DNA from: Octopus vulgaris
Lineage: Eukaryota
Reading direction: 5' to 3'
Assembly: GCA_951406725.2 (NCBI GenBank)
Contig: OX597830.1
Location: 11,098,001 to 11,162,000, forward strand
Length of the DNA stretch: 64,000 bases
The notes beneath the pieces were generated by a model. That model was not told where the DNA came from, did not search any database, and was given only the letters and a program-made list of their open reading frames with translations. Shown here in pieces: positions 1 through 18,790 of this stretch (positions are counted from its first letter, which is position 1; each line of letters opens with the position of its first letter). The translations under genes and the position numbers were made by a program.

Positions 1-280
1 CTTTTATATTTAAATGCCTTTAAAGGACCGTAGAGATTATATTAGCGATTTATCGTCAGGCTCTGGGGTACTGAGTTAAGGACTCAGTCCCCAGCAATAT
101 GAAACGACATGCCTTGCTCTAAGATAGAGCACAGCACCCGGAATCGAACATACGACTTTATGATCACGAATCCGACGTTTTAATCACTAAATAGAGTACC
201 TTCACAGGTGTGAATGTGAATGTGTGTGTGAGTGTGTATGTGTATGGGTGTTAAATTTTTCATTTGACTGAATAATTACT

Positions 281-317
<37 letters not shown>

Positions 318-342
318 CATACGCGCGCACACACACACATAT

Positions 343-485
343 GTGTGTAAATATTTGCTTCCCAACCACATGGTTCCGAGTTCAGTCCCACTGCGTGGCA
401 CCTTGAGCAAGTGTCTTCTACTATAGTCTCGGGCCAACCAAAGCCTTGTGAGTGGATTTGGTAGACGGAAACTGAAAGAAGCCTG

Positions 486-541
<56 letters not shown>

Positions 542-770
542 TGGTGTGTATGTTTGTGTGTCTGTGTTTGTCCCCCCAACATTGCTTGACAACCGATGCT
601 GGTATGTTTACGTCCCCGTCACTTAGCGGTTCGGCAAAAAAGAGACCGATAGAATAAGTACTGGGCTTACAAAGAATAAGTCCCGGGGTCGATTTGCTCG
701 ACTAAAGGCGGTGCTCCAGCATGGCCTCAGTCAAATGACTGAAACAAGTAAAAAGAGAAAAAGAGAAAGA
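343..770 (+). mobile_element. Dominant tRNA-derived SINE family with an internal (TA)/(TG) tract; other copies at 22451-22836, 31417-31824, 31907-32286(-), 42299-42685, 43358-43619(-), 45456-45860, 50365-50752(-), 57937-58307, 59091-59470 and 59942-60327
   Basis: Recurring ggctgtgtggtaagtagcttgct...ggttcagtcccactgcgtggcaccttgggcaagtg...gactgaaacaagtaaaagag. Confidence 0.92.
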
Positions 771-1123
771 GATATAAATACAAAAAAGGAAAGGGGGCGT
801 TATGAAGGAGTCAAAGCAAATTAACCAATGAAAGTGCTTGCAAAGCAGGAATCTACCAAATTCCAATCGATTGCCAGTCCAATTTATAAATCCAAAGGTG
901 ATAGACCGAAAAATTCGTCATCTTGTTTATTGCTAGCAGTGTGGTGAGGCTTTGAGAAGGATCTGTTTGGTGTTAATTCCTAGATTTCTGTAGAATCCTG
1001 GTCGGTCGACTATAGATCGATTAATATGTAGGATTAATAACTACGCGCAGAATTATGCAATACAAAGGTGTCTGAAATCCGTTTCAGATTAAAAAGGTAT
1101 AATTCTCCATTCTTTTGTGTTTG

Positions 1124-1165
<42 letters not shown>

Positions 1166-1672
1166 TATGTCACTGCCCTAAGGCTTCATTTCCACACAAG
1201 CCAGCTTAATTTAATTTGTCCTTAGTCGAAAGACACCTGTTGTTATGTCTTGTTATTTGCATTTGTATAACATTTCTCCGTTTCTTTTTTTCTGTCCTTC
1301 TTTTCGTATACATTCGCTGCTTTTTTTCCAAGGAATGTAGTGCACTTAGCTTAGTTTTTCCTTGGGGCTGGCCAGACTGGAGAAATCTCGAGTATAACCA
1401 GCCGAAATTGCAAAGAAAATCTGGAACTCAATAGAGGAAATAAAAATTCGAATGACCCGTCCGTGATATTTCTTGTCCCATTTTTTGTATTCCTTCATAT
1501 CTATACATTATATATATAACAATTAAGGATAACTTCTTAATAAGGAATCTTAACAAGAAATTATCAGGTAGATAGCGTGAAAAACCTCATAAGAGGAAAA
1601 TTTCGAAAATAATTCTTTCTTATTGAACATATTAATTTATATATAGAGGGCATTATAATGCCCTCTATATAC

Positions 1673-1716
<44 letters not shown>

Positions 1717-1778
1717 TTTATATATATATATAGTGAAATGTGTACTTACATATAAGAGAACAAAGTGTATGTACGTCG

Positions 1779-1842
<64 letters not shown>

Positions 1843-2007
1843 CAAAATGGGACAAGAACGCAAAACATCCAAATAGACAATACAAAAAACATGGACGAGT
1901 CATTCGAAGCCTCTAATCTTCAGTCAAGAACCGGATCATCCTCGCAATTTCGGCTGATTAATCTTGAGATTGCTCCAATCTGGCCAGCTCTAATGCTCGT
2001 AGCTTAA

Positions 2008-2197
2008 ACAGACAGACAGGTAGACAGACAGACAGATAGACAGATAAATAGACAGATAGAAAGACAGATAGATAGACAGACATACAGATAGATAGACAGA
2101 TAGATAGAGAAATAGACAGACAGACAAATAGACAGATAGATAGACAGATAGACAGACAGACAAATAGACAGATAGATAGACAGACAGGTAGACAGAC

Positions 2198-2268
<71 letters not shown>

Positions 2269-2536
2269 CAGATAGACAGATAGACAGACAGGCAGGCAGA
2301 CAGACAGACAGACAGATAGACAGACAGACAGATAGACAGACAGACAGATAGATAGATAGACAGATAGATAGGCAGATAGATAGACGGATAGACAGACAGA
2401 CAGACAGGCAGACAGACAGATAGACAGACAGTTAGACAGACAGATAAATAAATAGACAAACAGACAGACAGTCAGACAGATAAATAGATACACAGACAGA
2501 TAGATAGACAGACAAATAGACAGACAGACAGACAGC

Positions 2537-2612
<76 letters not shown>

Positions 2613-2620
2613 CAGACAGA
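2008..2620. repeat. Compound (GATA)n/(GACA)n microsatellite; similar tracts at 4240-4390, 4765-5057 and 22840-23035
   Basis: Direct inspection. Confidence 0.97.
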
Positions 2621-3142
2621 CACACATTCTGAGGACTAAAATCCCTTTTGCATGAGTGATATGGTGAAGTCCTAACTTTAAGTAAGCTGAGTTTCACATG
2701 AGAAAATCCCCCGTCTTAAAATACTGATACAAGATCCTGAACCTTCTATGAGAGTTAAGGTACATGCGGTAACTTAACGCAAATCTGAACTCCTAAGTAT
2801 TCGCAAGTTAAGAAGAGGTATACAGATAAGTTAAACCTTGTATATAAGTAGAAGTTTGTATAAATGTAGCTTGATTGTGAGTAAGTATATCTACGGTTAT
2901 GCATAAAATACTGAATAGAAAAAGCTTGAGAAATATAATGCACTTACCTATTTCAAACCTGAAATACTGGCGAAGTAAACCAACGAATTGAAATAATAAG
3001 TGTTAGTAAATCAAAGCAATGCTAGATAAATTACTGTTAATATGATGTCTGTTTATAACCATGAAACATATATCGTCAAATTTCGACATTTTTCAAAAAT
3101 GTAAAATCTATATTAATGGGTAGGACCGATTTGAAGAAAAAA

Positions 3143-4232
3143 TTAGCAGAGTCTGATAGCGAACCCGGATCTTTTCCTTTTGAACGGTATATGTCAACAC
3201 AATTTCTAGTTAACTAAACACTTTTAAACTTCGTATACTGGTAGAATGTGTTTATAAAACATCATTTTTTTCTTTGCTTTATTGAGAAAATTCTATAGTT
3301 TGTAAGATATTTCCACTTTAAAATCGAGCATTTCGGCAATTTTAACCAATCGCTCATCTCCATTTGTGGTGAAAACATTCCGTGCTGTATGAATATGTCC
3401 CTCAGAAACAGATTGGGTTTATTTACATTTGCGAAGAAAAACAGATACCCTTCCCTTTTCTTCGCAAATGTAAATAAACCCAATCTGTTTCTGAGGGACA
3501 TATTCATACAGCACGGAATGTTTTCACCCCAAATGGAGGTGAGCGATTGGTTAAAATTGCCGAATTTTCTCAATAAAGCCAAGAAAAAATGATGTTTTAT
3601 AAACACATTCTACCAGTATACGAAGTTTAAAAGTGTTTAGTTAACTAGAAATTGTGTTGAAAACTGTCGTTCAAAAGGAAAAGATCCGCGAACCCGTACC
3701 GTCGTCATTTTTGTGCATGTGCGTAAAATGGCGAAGTTTTACGCTTTGGAGCAGATTTCGTCAAATTGGTGTCACGACAGATGGTGTGCAAAATGCCTAA
3801 ATTTAGCTTGAAAAATAAAGTGCACTTACCTATTTAGAATCTGAAACGCTGGTGAGTTGAAACAACGTGTTGAAATACTAAGTTTTAGCAAATCAAAACA
3901 ATTCGGATTGAAATGAAGAATTAGCAAATGCTAAGTAGAGTTCTGTTAATAAGCTGTCTGTTTATACCCATGAGGGATTTTTCGTCAAATTTCGGTATTT
4001 TTTGTCAAACTGATAGTCACGATGACTAGTGCGAAAAATGCCGAAATTTTACGATTTTTGAAAAATCGATGATGATTAAAGATCGATTTTTTTAAAATTC
4101 CAAGTGCATAAGTGACCACATGGGCATAAGCTCCACACATGTGTCAAGTTTCATCAAGGTCTGTTGGATAGTCTCCGAAGAGTTAAAGCAATAAATTCAC
4201 AAACTCACAAACTTGCCATTTCTTATTATAGA
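3143..4232 (-). mobile_element. Probable old Helitron-like element hosting the 3167 MITE; a related diverged segment lies at about 2940-3100
   Basis: Minus-strand a|TCTATAATAAG start and CTAA|t end; 2940-3100 repeats 3820-4000. Confidence 0.45.
3167..3687. mobile_element. Fully palindromic MITE (GGATCTTTT termini) with perfect 8-bp TSD
   Basis: About 260-bp near-identical arms; GCGAACCC at 3159-3166 and 3688-3695. Confidence 0.9.
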
Positions 4233-4282
4233 TAAATATGTGTATGTATGTATGTATGCATGTATGTATGTATGTATCTATC

Positions 4283-4352
<70 letters not shown>

Positions 4353-4392
4353 CCTGCTTGTTTGTCTATCTATCTATCAATCTATCTATCTA

Positions 4393-4763
4393 CAGGGTGA
4401 TTCAAAAGTCGCCATACATAGGAACAATTTATCTTTTTTATAAGAAACAGTTTGCTTTTTTTATTATCTAACTGGTTCTAAATGGTGACCATTGATTTGA
4501 ATACACATTGCAATACGTTAACCCCACTCATTGGGAACTCGTAACAGCACATCTGGTGATACGTGCGCAAAGGAGTTGGTGATGCGTTCCTTCAAAGGAT
4601 TTATGTCTTTTATCTTTCTGCGATACCTTTCAATTGCCCCCAAAGATAGAAATCAAGAGGAGTCAGATTAGGGGATCAGGGAATCAAGAGATCTGGGGTA
4701 TCTTATAAATTGTTTTTATAAAAAATATGTTTTCCTATGTATGGAGACTTTTGAATCACCCTG
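4393..4763 (-). mobile_element. Internally deleted Tc1/mariner-superfamily element
   Basis: TA-flanked TIRs CAGGGTGATTCAAAAGTC.CCATACATAGGAA; minus-strand remnant LTPLDFYLWG ... CIQINGHHLE. Confidence 0.85.
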
Positions 4764-4839
4764 TATATCTATCTATCAATCTATTTATCTATCTATCTAT
4801 CTGTCTATCTGTCTGTCTATCTATCTATCTGTCTATCTG

Positions 4840-4930
<91 letters not shown>

Positions 4931-4973
4931 GTCTATCTGTCTGTCTATCTATCTATCTCCCTATCTATCTATC

Positions 4974-5007
<34 letters not shown>

Positions 5008-5299
5008 AATCTATTTATCTATCTATCTATCTGTCCATCTATCTATCTATCTATCTACTGCAATATGTTCGCTAATGCAATTCCAACATTTTACAGCAAC
5101 CTCTTTCATCCTTTCATATAATTCATACGCTTCAGAACAGCAACTCTTTTTACTAAAAACTACACATATTTTCATTGGGGAAACAGACCCTTCACAGACC
5201 CTTCCTTACAATACGGTTTAGGGAGCTTACTTTTTTTAATTAGCAAACAAATATTGATTATTACAATCTGTCCTATTCTTATTCTTATTTTTGTTGTAG

Positions 5300-5354
5300 T
5301 TATTTGAGAGAATTGATACGAAAGCGTGAAGGATTCAAGTTTGTATTAGAAAAG
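5300..5354 (+). CDS. Internal exon of group II PLP-dependent decarboxylase (GAD/CSAD/GADL1 family): YLRELIRKREGFKFVLEK
   Basis: ttgtag acceptor at 5298-5299 and AAG|gtaaga donor at 5355; peptide resembles CSAD YLVEEMKKREGFELVME; phase joins the next exon. Confidence 0.85.
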
Positions 5355-5365
5355 GTAAGATTTTT

Positions 5366-5455
<90 letters not shown>

Positions 5456-5638
5456 TTATGTTTGTCTTTTGCTTTACATTTGTACAAATTGGCTCCAAGT
5501 CTCACCCAGAGACCTCAAGAGACAACAAATTGGAAGTTCATGTTGGTGCTGTAACCACTAGGCCATGTGCCTCCACTGTGTGCCTATAGTAGAGAGAATT
5601 ATTATAATCATGATATAATACTTCCATACACAAAGAGA

Positions 5639-5691
<53 letters not shown>

Positions 5692-6875
5692 TCTGTTCCC
5701 GGCTTTTATGGTTAAGGACTGACCTTGTATTAAATAAGAGCAATGTTTGGAGTTGTCTTCTCGTTGAAGCGTTGTCGCTGCTTGAAGATGTGAACACCAG
5801 CGAATTGGCAGAGTCGTTAGGGCATTGTACGAAACCCCCTGTGCGGTAATTATCCCAGCTTTTTGCGTTCCGATTTCAAATCCTTCCGAGATCCACTTTG
5901 CTATTTCACCCTTCAAGGGTCGATAAATAAAATGTCAGTCTAAGGCTGTTGACCGGCAGAATCGTTAGAGCGTTTGACGAGCGAACGGGATACCTTGCAG
6001 TATTTATTTATTTTATTTTATTTTATCTAGTTTCAGCTCACGAGCTGTGGCCATGCTGGGGCAGTATGTGTGCTAGCTTCTTTACGGTCTGAGTTCAAAC
6101 CCCGCTTTGGCCTATTTGGACGGCAGACACAATCCTTCACCCGATTTAACATCACCACCTGGATCTTAACGGTGCCCACAGCAGAAGGCCAATCTGCTGC
6201 AAGCATTCAAACTAGGTCTTTAGTTTCAGGATACATTCCTCTCTCCAGTTCCTAACCGTTTCGAAGGCCCTCAAAAAAGTCATGAGCATTGCTTGTCTTC
6301 ATGACTATAAAATAAATTAACACCTATTTATATACGCCCCCCCCCCCCCGTCGATTACAACGACGAGGGCTCCAGGTGATCTGATCAACAGAAAGACCTG
6401 CTCGGGAAATTAACATGCAAGTGGCTGAGCACTCCTCAGACACGCTTTCCGTTAACGTAGTTCTCAAAGAGATTCAGCATGATACAGAATGTGACAAGGC
6501 TAACCTTTTTAAGTACAGGTACAATTCATTTTTGCCGGTTGACTAGACTGGAGCAAGGTGAAATAAAGAGTCTTGCTCAAGGATACAACGCATCACTGGG
6601 AATCGAACTTATGTCCTCACGATCGTAAGCCAAATACCCTAACCCCTAAACTACGCGCTTTCACAATACATATTGGCCAGCTAGGTGGACGAAGCCCGTC
6701 AAAATTTCTCTGCATCAAGGATGCATACTAGTGACCTGTGACCTGTAACCTGTGACCTGTGACCTATGACAGCGTACGAACCAAAATCCCTCTTATATAG
6801 TTTTATGCAATTTTATCCCTCCAGCTATTTTTATTGTTAATTACATTTGTTACGTAACGTAAGTATAGAGACATG

Positions 6876-7265
6876 AGTGGAGGCGCAATTGCCCAGTGGT
6901 TAGGGCAGCGGACTCGCGGTCGTAGGATCGCGGTTTCGATTCCCAGACCGGGCGTTGTGAGTGTTTATTGAGCGAAAACACCTAAAAGTTCCACGAGGCT
7001 CCGGCAGGGGATGGTGGTGATCCCTGCTGTACTCTTTCACCACAACTTTCTCTCACTCTTACTTCCTGTTTCTGTTGTACCTGTATTTCAAGGGGCCAGC
7101 CTTGTCACTCTCTGTGTCACGCTGAATATCCCCGAGAAATGCGTTAAGGGTACACGTGTCTGTGGAGTGCTCAGCCACTTATACGTTAATTTCACGAGCA
7201 GGCTGTTCCGTTGATTCGGATCAACCGGAACCCTCGTCGTCGTAACCGACGGAGTGCTTCCATCC
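6876..7265 (+). mobile_element. Young tRNA-derived SINE with 11-bp TSD
   Basis: A/B-box-like head; TSD atagagacatg; near-identical copy at 61010. Confidence 0.9.
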
Positions 7266-7406
7266 ATAGAGACATGGCTGTAACCGGTGACCAAAATTAG
7301 GCTGACCGGAAGTTTAGTTCCTTTGCCCCACCCCTCCATTCACACACACACACACACACACACATATCTGATAACAATTTCTTCACCTCTGTTCTTCAAT
7401 AAATAG

Positions 7407-7496
7407 GGAGAATGTACAAACGTCTGCTTCTGGTATGTTCCGTTGAGAATTCGAGAAATGGACGACGACGAGAGAAAGAAAAGCGAATTGCATCAA
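7407..7496 (+). CDS. Penultimate exon of the same decarboxylase: GECTNVCFWYVPLRIREMDDDERKKSELHQ
   Basis: aaatag acceptor, CAA|gtaagt donor, 90 nt in phase 0; hallmark TNVCFWY motif of GAD/CSAD. Confidence 0.92.
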
Positions 7497-7779
7497 GTAA
7501 GTGGTTTAATCTGTTCCTATGTCCTCATATTTCAGTGTGTGTGTGTGGATGTGTGTGTGTGTGTGTGTGTGTGAAAAGTTCCTGGTTTTGGGTAAAAGAA
7601 AATTACAAGGAGGATCAGTTAATTATGATTTTATTCAACATATTCCCCTCTCAGATTCACACATTCATTGCAGTGGTCCTTCTGTTTTTCTAAGCCCTGT
7701 AAAAGAAACCGGAGGATTGGGCCTCCAGCCAAGCCTTTCGCAATACCCCTAATACCAGGAACTTTTCAGCACCCCCTTA

Positions 7780-7836
<57 letters not shown>

Positions 7837-7866
7837 GAGTTAACGCAGGTTTAAACAAGTATTTTT

Positions 7867-7952
7867 ACTTTCTACATATGTTTCAAAAATCCCACTGATA
7901 CTTATTCAAAAGAATAAAGGTATAAACAATGCAATCTTCTCTTCGGGAAAGT
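7867..7952 (-). ncRNA. Degenerate hammerhead motif, same family as the 49.6 kb element
   Basis: actttc-CCGAAGA-gaagatt...gattttt-GAAA-CATATG-TA-gaaagt, between two (TA)n tracts. Confidence 0.65.
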
Positions 7953-8067
7953 GAAAAAACGAAACTTGTCAATACGACATTTTAGCAAAAAATGATGGAT
8001 TCGTATAGCCCTGGTAACTATTCATTCATTTATCCGTGTTAATTGTTAACAAGGTAAAATACACTCA

Positions 8068-8143
<76 letters not shown>

Positions 8144-8144
8144 G

Positions 8145-8308
8145 GAAGTAATTTTTTATTCTCAAACGCAGGATAATGCTAATAATAACTACACATATTT
8201 TACAGAAAAATGTGTCGGCGACAGATTTTTCTGCAAAATATGGATAGTTTATCCTGTTCGTGCTATATTATTAGCATTATCCGGCGTTTGAGAACAAAAA
8301 CTTACTTT
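8145..8308. repeat. Imperfect hairpin element between (TA)n tracts in the last decarboxylase intron
   Basis: ttctcaaacgcaggataatgctaataata / tattattagcattatccggcgtttgagaa. Confidence 0.8.
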
Positions 8309-8353
8309 ACTTTCTTAACTTTCTACAAATCTGTTTACTTACATCGTAATTTG

Positions 8354-8458
<105 letters not shown>

Positions 8459-8490
8459 TATATATTATTGTCATTTTTTATTCACCTTAG

Positions 8491-8664
8491 GCTACCAGGT
8501 GCATCAAAGCTATGATGATGGAGAACGGATCTCTTATGGTAGGCTACCAACCCCTGGGCGAACACCCCAATTTTTTCAGAGTGGTCATTTCTAACGCAGC
8601 AGTTATGGAAAAAGACCTGGATTTCTTAGTAGAAGAAATTGACCGCTTAGGGAGAACTCTTTGA
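8491..8664 (+). CDS. Terminal coding exon of the decarboxylase: [57 protein letters not shown]
   Basis: Polypyrimidine tract plus ccttag acceptor; matches the GAD/CSAD C-terminus (IKA.MM..G..MVGYQP....NFFR.VISN....D.DFL.EEI.RLG..L); TGA at 8662-8664. Confidence 0.95.
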   Translation, partial: ATRCIKAMMMENGSLMVGYQPLGEHPNFFRVVISNAAVMEKDLDFLVEEIDRLGRTL

Positions 8665-8760
8665 TTTTTGCTTTCTTTACCATTTTCACATTTACGTATA
8701 GAAATCTTCGTGATAGGTAAGTAAATTTTGATTTTATACATGAAAAATATGATATAGTCC

Positions 8761-8766
8761 AATAAA
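8761..8766 (+). terminator. Candidate polyadenylation signal of the decarboxylase gene
   Basis: First AATAAA about 100 nt after the stop; further AATAAA near 9134 and 9200. Confidence 0.35.
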
Positions 8767-8936
8767 GATCATACATCGTTATAATAACTTGCTGAAAACT
8801 TAAGTTTCCAACAGAACTGTTCGGTCAGAAAGAACCAGAACTTATATGAAAGATCTTCTCGTATTGTGTGATGTGTTAAAAATATTGCAACTCAGCGTAC
8901 GACAACGACAGTTTTTGTTTCTTTGTTTGTTTTGCT

Positions 8937-8996
<60 letters not shown>

Positions 8997-9723
8997 TGAC
9001 TCTTTCTAAGAGGATGGCTTTGTAGATCGTTTAACGATTTTTTAGCTTTGTATTAACTAGTCATGAAATTTGAAAAAACGATGTTTGATCTTTAACGGAC
9101 TATATCATATCATATATTTTACGCTAGACATGAATAAACAAGAAATACCTTGATTATATTTACATTATCATTTTATTTTATTTCATTTTTGACCTGTATA
9201 ATAAAATATGCTGTCACTCTCTGTCATGCAGCTGGTATTGAGCACTCATTTTGTAGATATACACAAAGGTATAGTAAAGCATGCATAGATATACTGCATG
9301 AAATACTAGTTTATGAAATTTTGTGCGTCGTTTTACAAACTGTATTAATAATGGTAGTGAGCTCTTTCTTACATACATGCAGTCTGTAAAATAGTTGGTG
9401 TTATGAAGGGCATCTAGCCGTAGCACAGCAGACAATTGGCCAGCTTCTATCAAACCGTCCAACCCATGCCAGCATAGAAAACTGACGTTAAACGATGATG
9501 ATGATGACAATGATGATTATGAGGATATATATATAAATATATATATATAGGTTCAGTAAATAGTATTACATACATATAAGGGGGACTGCCACTACGTGGA
9601 CACCCTAACGCTAGAAGTAGATCCGCTATGGTCTTACCACTAAGAATTGTTCTATAGAAAATTTGGCAAACACCAGAAACGTAAGCGAGCAAGACAAAGG
9701 AAAAGTAACAAAAATATAGATTA

Positions 9724-9832
9724 ATCATAAACAATGTTTCACTATCAACAAATTACGTAATTTTACGTAATTTTACTTACGCAATTTACGTAATTTTACT
9801 TACGCAATTTATCAGTAGATCTTCAGTATGAT
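9724..9832 (-). ncRNA. Type I hammerhead-like motif
   Basis: atcata-CTGAAGA-t-ctactgataaatt...aatttgttgatag-t-GAAAC-att-GTT-tatgat. Confidence 0.7.
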
Positions 9833-10521
9833 CGTCCATACAAATATAATTTGCAGAGCTACACACCGGACATCCGCACGAGGTCGAATATGTATGTAGT
9901 TCTACATATTACACTTGTGGTTATTTTTCAAAAGTCCTCGTTCTGGCGCGCCACGTTTCTGGTTTTTGCTAAATTTTCTAGAAAACAATTCTTAGTGGTA
10001 AGACCAGAGCGGATCTACTTCTAACGTTAGGGTGTCCATCCCTCTTATATGTATGTAATACTATTTACTGAACCTCCGTTTTTTAATATGCTAGACCACT
10101 GGTGTTAAATTGATGTTATTAAATTAATATCCTATTTTTCACCCTCATCTTAATTTTAATTTTAAATTAATACGTTCTCAAACCGGCAAGGGCTACTGCA
10201 GTAAATTATTTTACGCAGTATTATTTCCGGAATTTTTAGCGCCACAAAACGAGGACTTTTGAAAATAACCACAAATGTAATAGATAGAACTGCATGCATA
10301 TTTGACCTCGTGCGGACGTCCGGTGTGTAGTTCTGCAAATTATATTTGTATGGACGATCATACATAAGTTTGGAGTTATACTCCCTATTATTATTATTAT
10401 TATTATTATCATTATATAACGTATAAACAGAGCCTGAAAGATTGCTTTAAGAAGAATTATGTCTGTTCAAGCCGCATAGACGCATGAAACTATCAGTAGC
10501 TCTTTCGATTGTGTATTTAAA

Positions 10522-10597
<76 letters not shown>

Positions 10598-10772
10598 CAT
10601 ACATGCATACATATGTGTGTGTGTGTGTGTGTATGTGTGTGTAAGGATTATTTATTTATTTATTCGTTCATTCTACCGTGATTTTTTCAGAAATTGAGCT
10701 GATCGTGAAATGCAGTTGATTAACTAGAAGATAATGCTGTTGCTGTTGCTGTTGTTGTTGATGATGTTATTA

Positions 10773-10807
<35 letters not shown>

Positions 10808-10989
10808 AACGATGAATGGTAATGATGATGACGGCGTCGACGGTGATGACGGTTATTATGTGGATGGTGATGTTGCTGCTGCTAGTGGTGGCGGTGGCGA
10901 TGGTGGTGGTGGTATTGGTGGTGGTGGTGGTGGTGGTGGTGGTGGTGTTAACGATGTTGATGTTGCTACTGGTGATGATGATGATGATG

Positions 10990-11027
<38 letters not shown>

Positions 11028-11098
11028 GATAATAATGATGATGGTTATGATTATGATGATATTGACGACGACGACGACGATCATGATGACCACAATGA

Positions 11099-11133
<35 letters not shown>

Positions 11134-11510
11134 TTGATGAAAGTTGGGAATGCCATCAATAATAATAATGATAATTTTTTATTGGCCTCAGGGGCCGCCA
11201 AAAACATTACGACTAAAGAAAGACAAAGAACAGTCAGGATTTATACAAAACCATGTGAATAATTAAAAAAATATATTTAACAGGAAACAAAATTTCTTAA
11301 AGAGGTAAGCACACCCCATCCAGGGGTAACTAAGGCAGCACATAGATCCCAAACCCCCTTCTCACAAGGAGTACCATTGTAAGGGTTCCTCTCTCCTCCA
11401 TCATCTTCAGCCTGTAGGAGCAGCTTGGTGTAGGTCCACTCACTTGGGCCAACCTCTATATATTCACCCAACTTTCAACAGTTTTACTGGGGAGAAGCAG
11501 CACATTCCTC

Positions 11511-11589
<79 letters not shown>

Positions 11590-12066
11590 GCATACGAGAA
11601 AGCAACCATACTCTGGGATATGCCGATACACACAGATAGAGAAATTAAGGCCAACAGACCAGATATAGTTGTCAGAGATCATGAAGAAAAAAATGCTTTC
11701 TAATTGATGTATCAATACCAGCAGATGACAACGTGTCTCTAAAAGAAATGGAGAAACTCTCAAAATACAAAGACCTGGAAATAGAGGTAACTAGAATGTG
11801 GAATCTGAAAACAGAAACAATTCCTATCATAGTAGGTGCATTAGGCATGATAAAAAAATATTCAGACAAATACATAACAAAAACACCAGGACTTACAAAC
11901 ACATATAACATACAGAAAATTGCACTACTAGGCACTGCACACATCCTACGCAGAACACTTTCCATACAATAACCATCAGAGCATCACAACAAATCACAGC
12001 ACATACCCAAGGCACACAGAGCTGCACTCGGTAGTGAAGTGAAAGCACGCTATAAAAATAAAACTA

Positions 12067-12070
<4 letters not shown>
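11590..12070 (+). mobile_element. 5'-truncated R4/Dong-clade non-LTR retrotransposon (restriction-like endonuclease C-terminus plus 3' UTR) inserted in (TAA)n
   Basis: TILWDMPIHTDREIKANRPDIVV...IDVSIP...KEMEKLSKYKDL...IPIIVGALG; (AAT)n on both sides. Confidence 0.88.
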
Positions 12071-12158
<88 letters not shown>

Positions 12159-12221
12159 GTATTATTATAGCGCCCTCCCCCAAAATTCTAGGCCTTGTTA
12201 ATATATAAGAGAGGTTTATTA

Positions 12222-18085
<5,864 letters not shown>

Positions 18086-18139
18086 GAAAGAATATATTCC
18101 AAACGATTAATAATTCCCCAAAAGTGGAAAGACCTCTGG

Positions 18140-18790
18140 GAGCTACTTGTTGAGACCCTAGACAAGCCCTGATCACCTTGATCACTAACGTAAGTGCCTT
18201 CTCCTCGTTGTCCTATTCCAGTCTATAGGCACATGCTAAGAGTAAGCCCGTTTGTTCCGACCTTGTTTACAATTCTCAGTCACTCCTTAACAAATTTGCT
18301 GAAAGGCAGCACTTCCGTCTCCCACCTCACTTCCCATCTCAGGTTAAACAAGAAAAAGTTGATGAGGGCTTGGCCAAAGAGGAAGATGTCTGTTTTCAGC
18401 TGTTTCAATCTGGTTCTCCACGTAATCTCATTTGCTAAAACCACCAAACAGAGCCTGTGATTTCCAGCCAAAACAGGGCGGCGGGACGATCTGCACAATG
18501 GACTTCATTGATAACTAGATTCGTCCTACAAGTGACAGCAGGTTTTCAAAGTAATTCTATATGTCAGTAATTCATGCAGGACCGTTTCGTCGCTTTGTGC
18601 GGATCTAGGCAGACCCGGCTGACGGTATTTCCGTGCCTGTAGAGTGTGTCTCGAACCGGCAGTGTCACCCCGGTAGCACTGCCAAACCAGGGATTTCTGG
18701 AAATTATCCATGAGCCGCTGTCGAAAAAGACATCCGGAACAAACCAACCAGTGGATTTTCATCAACGCCGTGAGTCTTCCAAATTTTGAG
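18140..18790 (-). mobile_element. L1/Tx1-like ORF2 C-terminal fragment; a related + strand copy lies at about 33990-34340
   Basis: SLVWQCYRG...PRSAQSDETVLHELL resembles a decayed zinc-binding RT tail; FGQ...EVL...K similarity is shared by both loci. Confidence 0.55.

Noticed and set aside
1564-5221. YIYI, LSIY and similar ORFs throughout the window
   Set aside because: They are translations of (TA)n, (GATA)n and (TG)n repeats.
6879-6955. tRNA-like sequences here and at 27410, 29751 and 61011
   Set aside because: They are heads of repeated elements continuous with SINE bodies, with no convincing complete cloverleaf.
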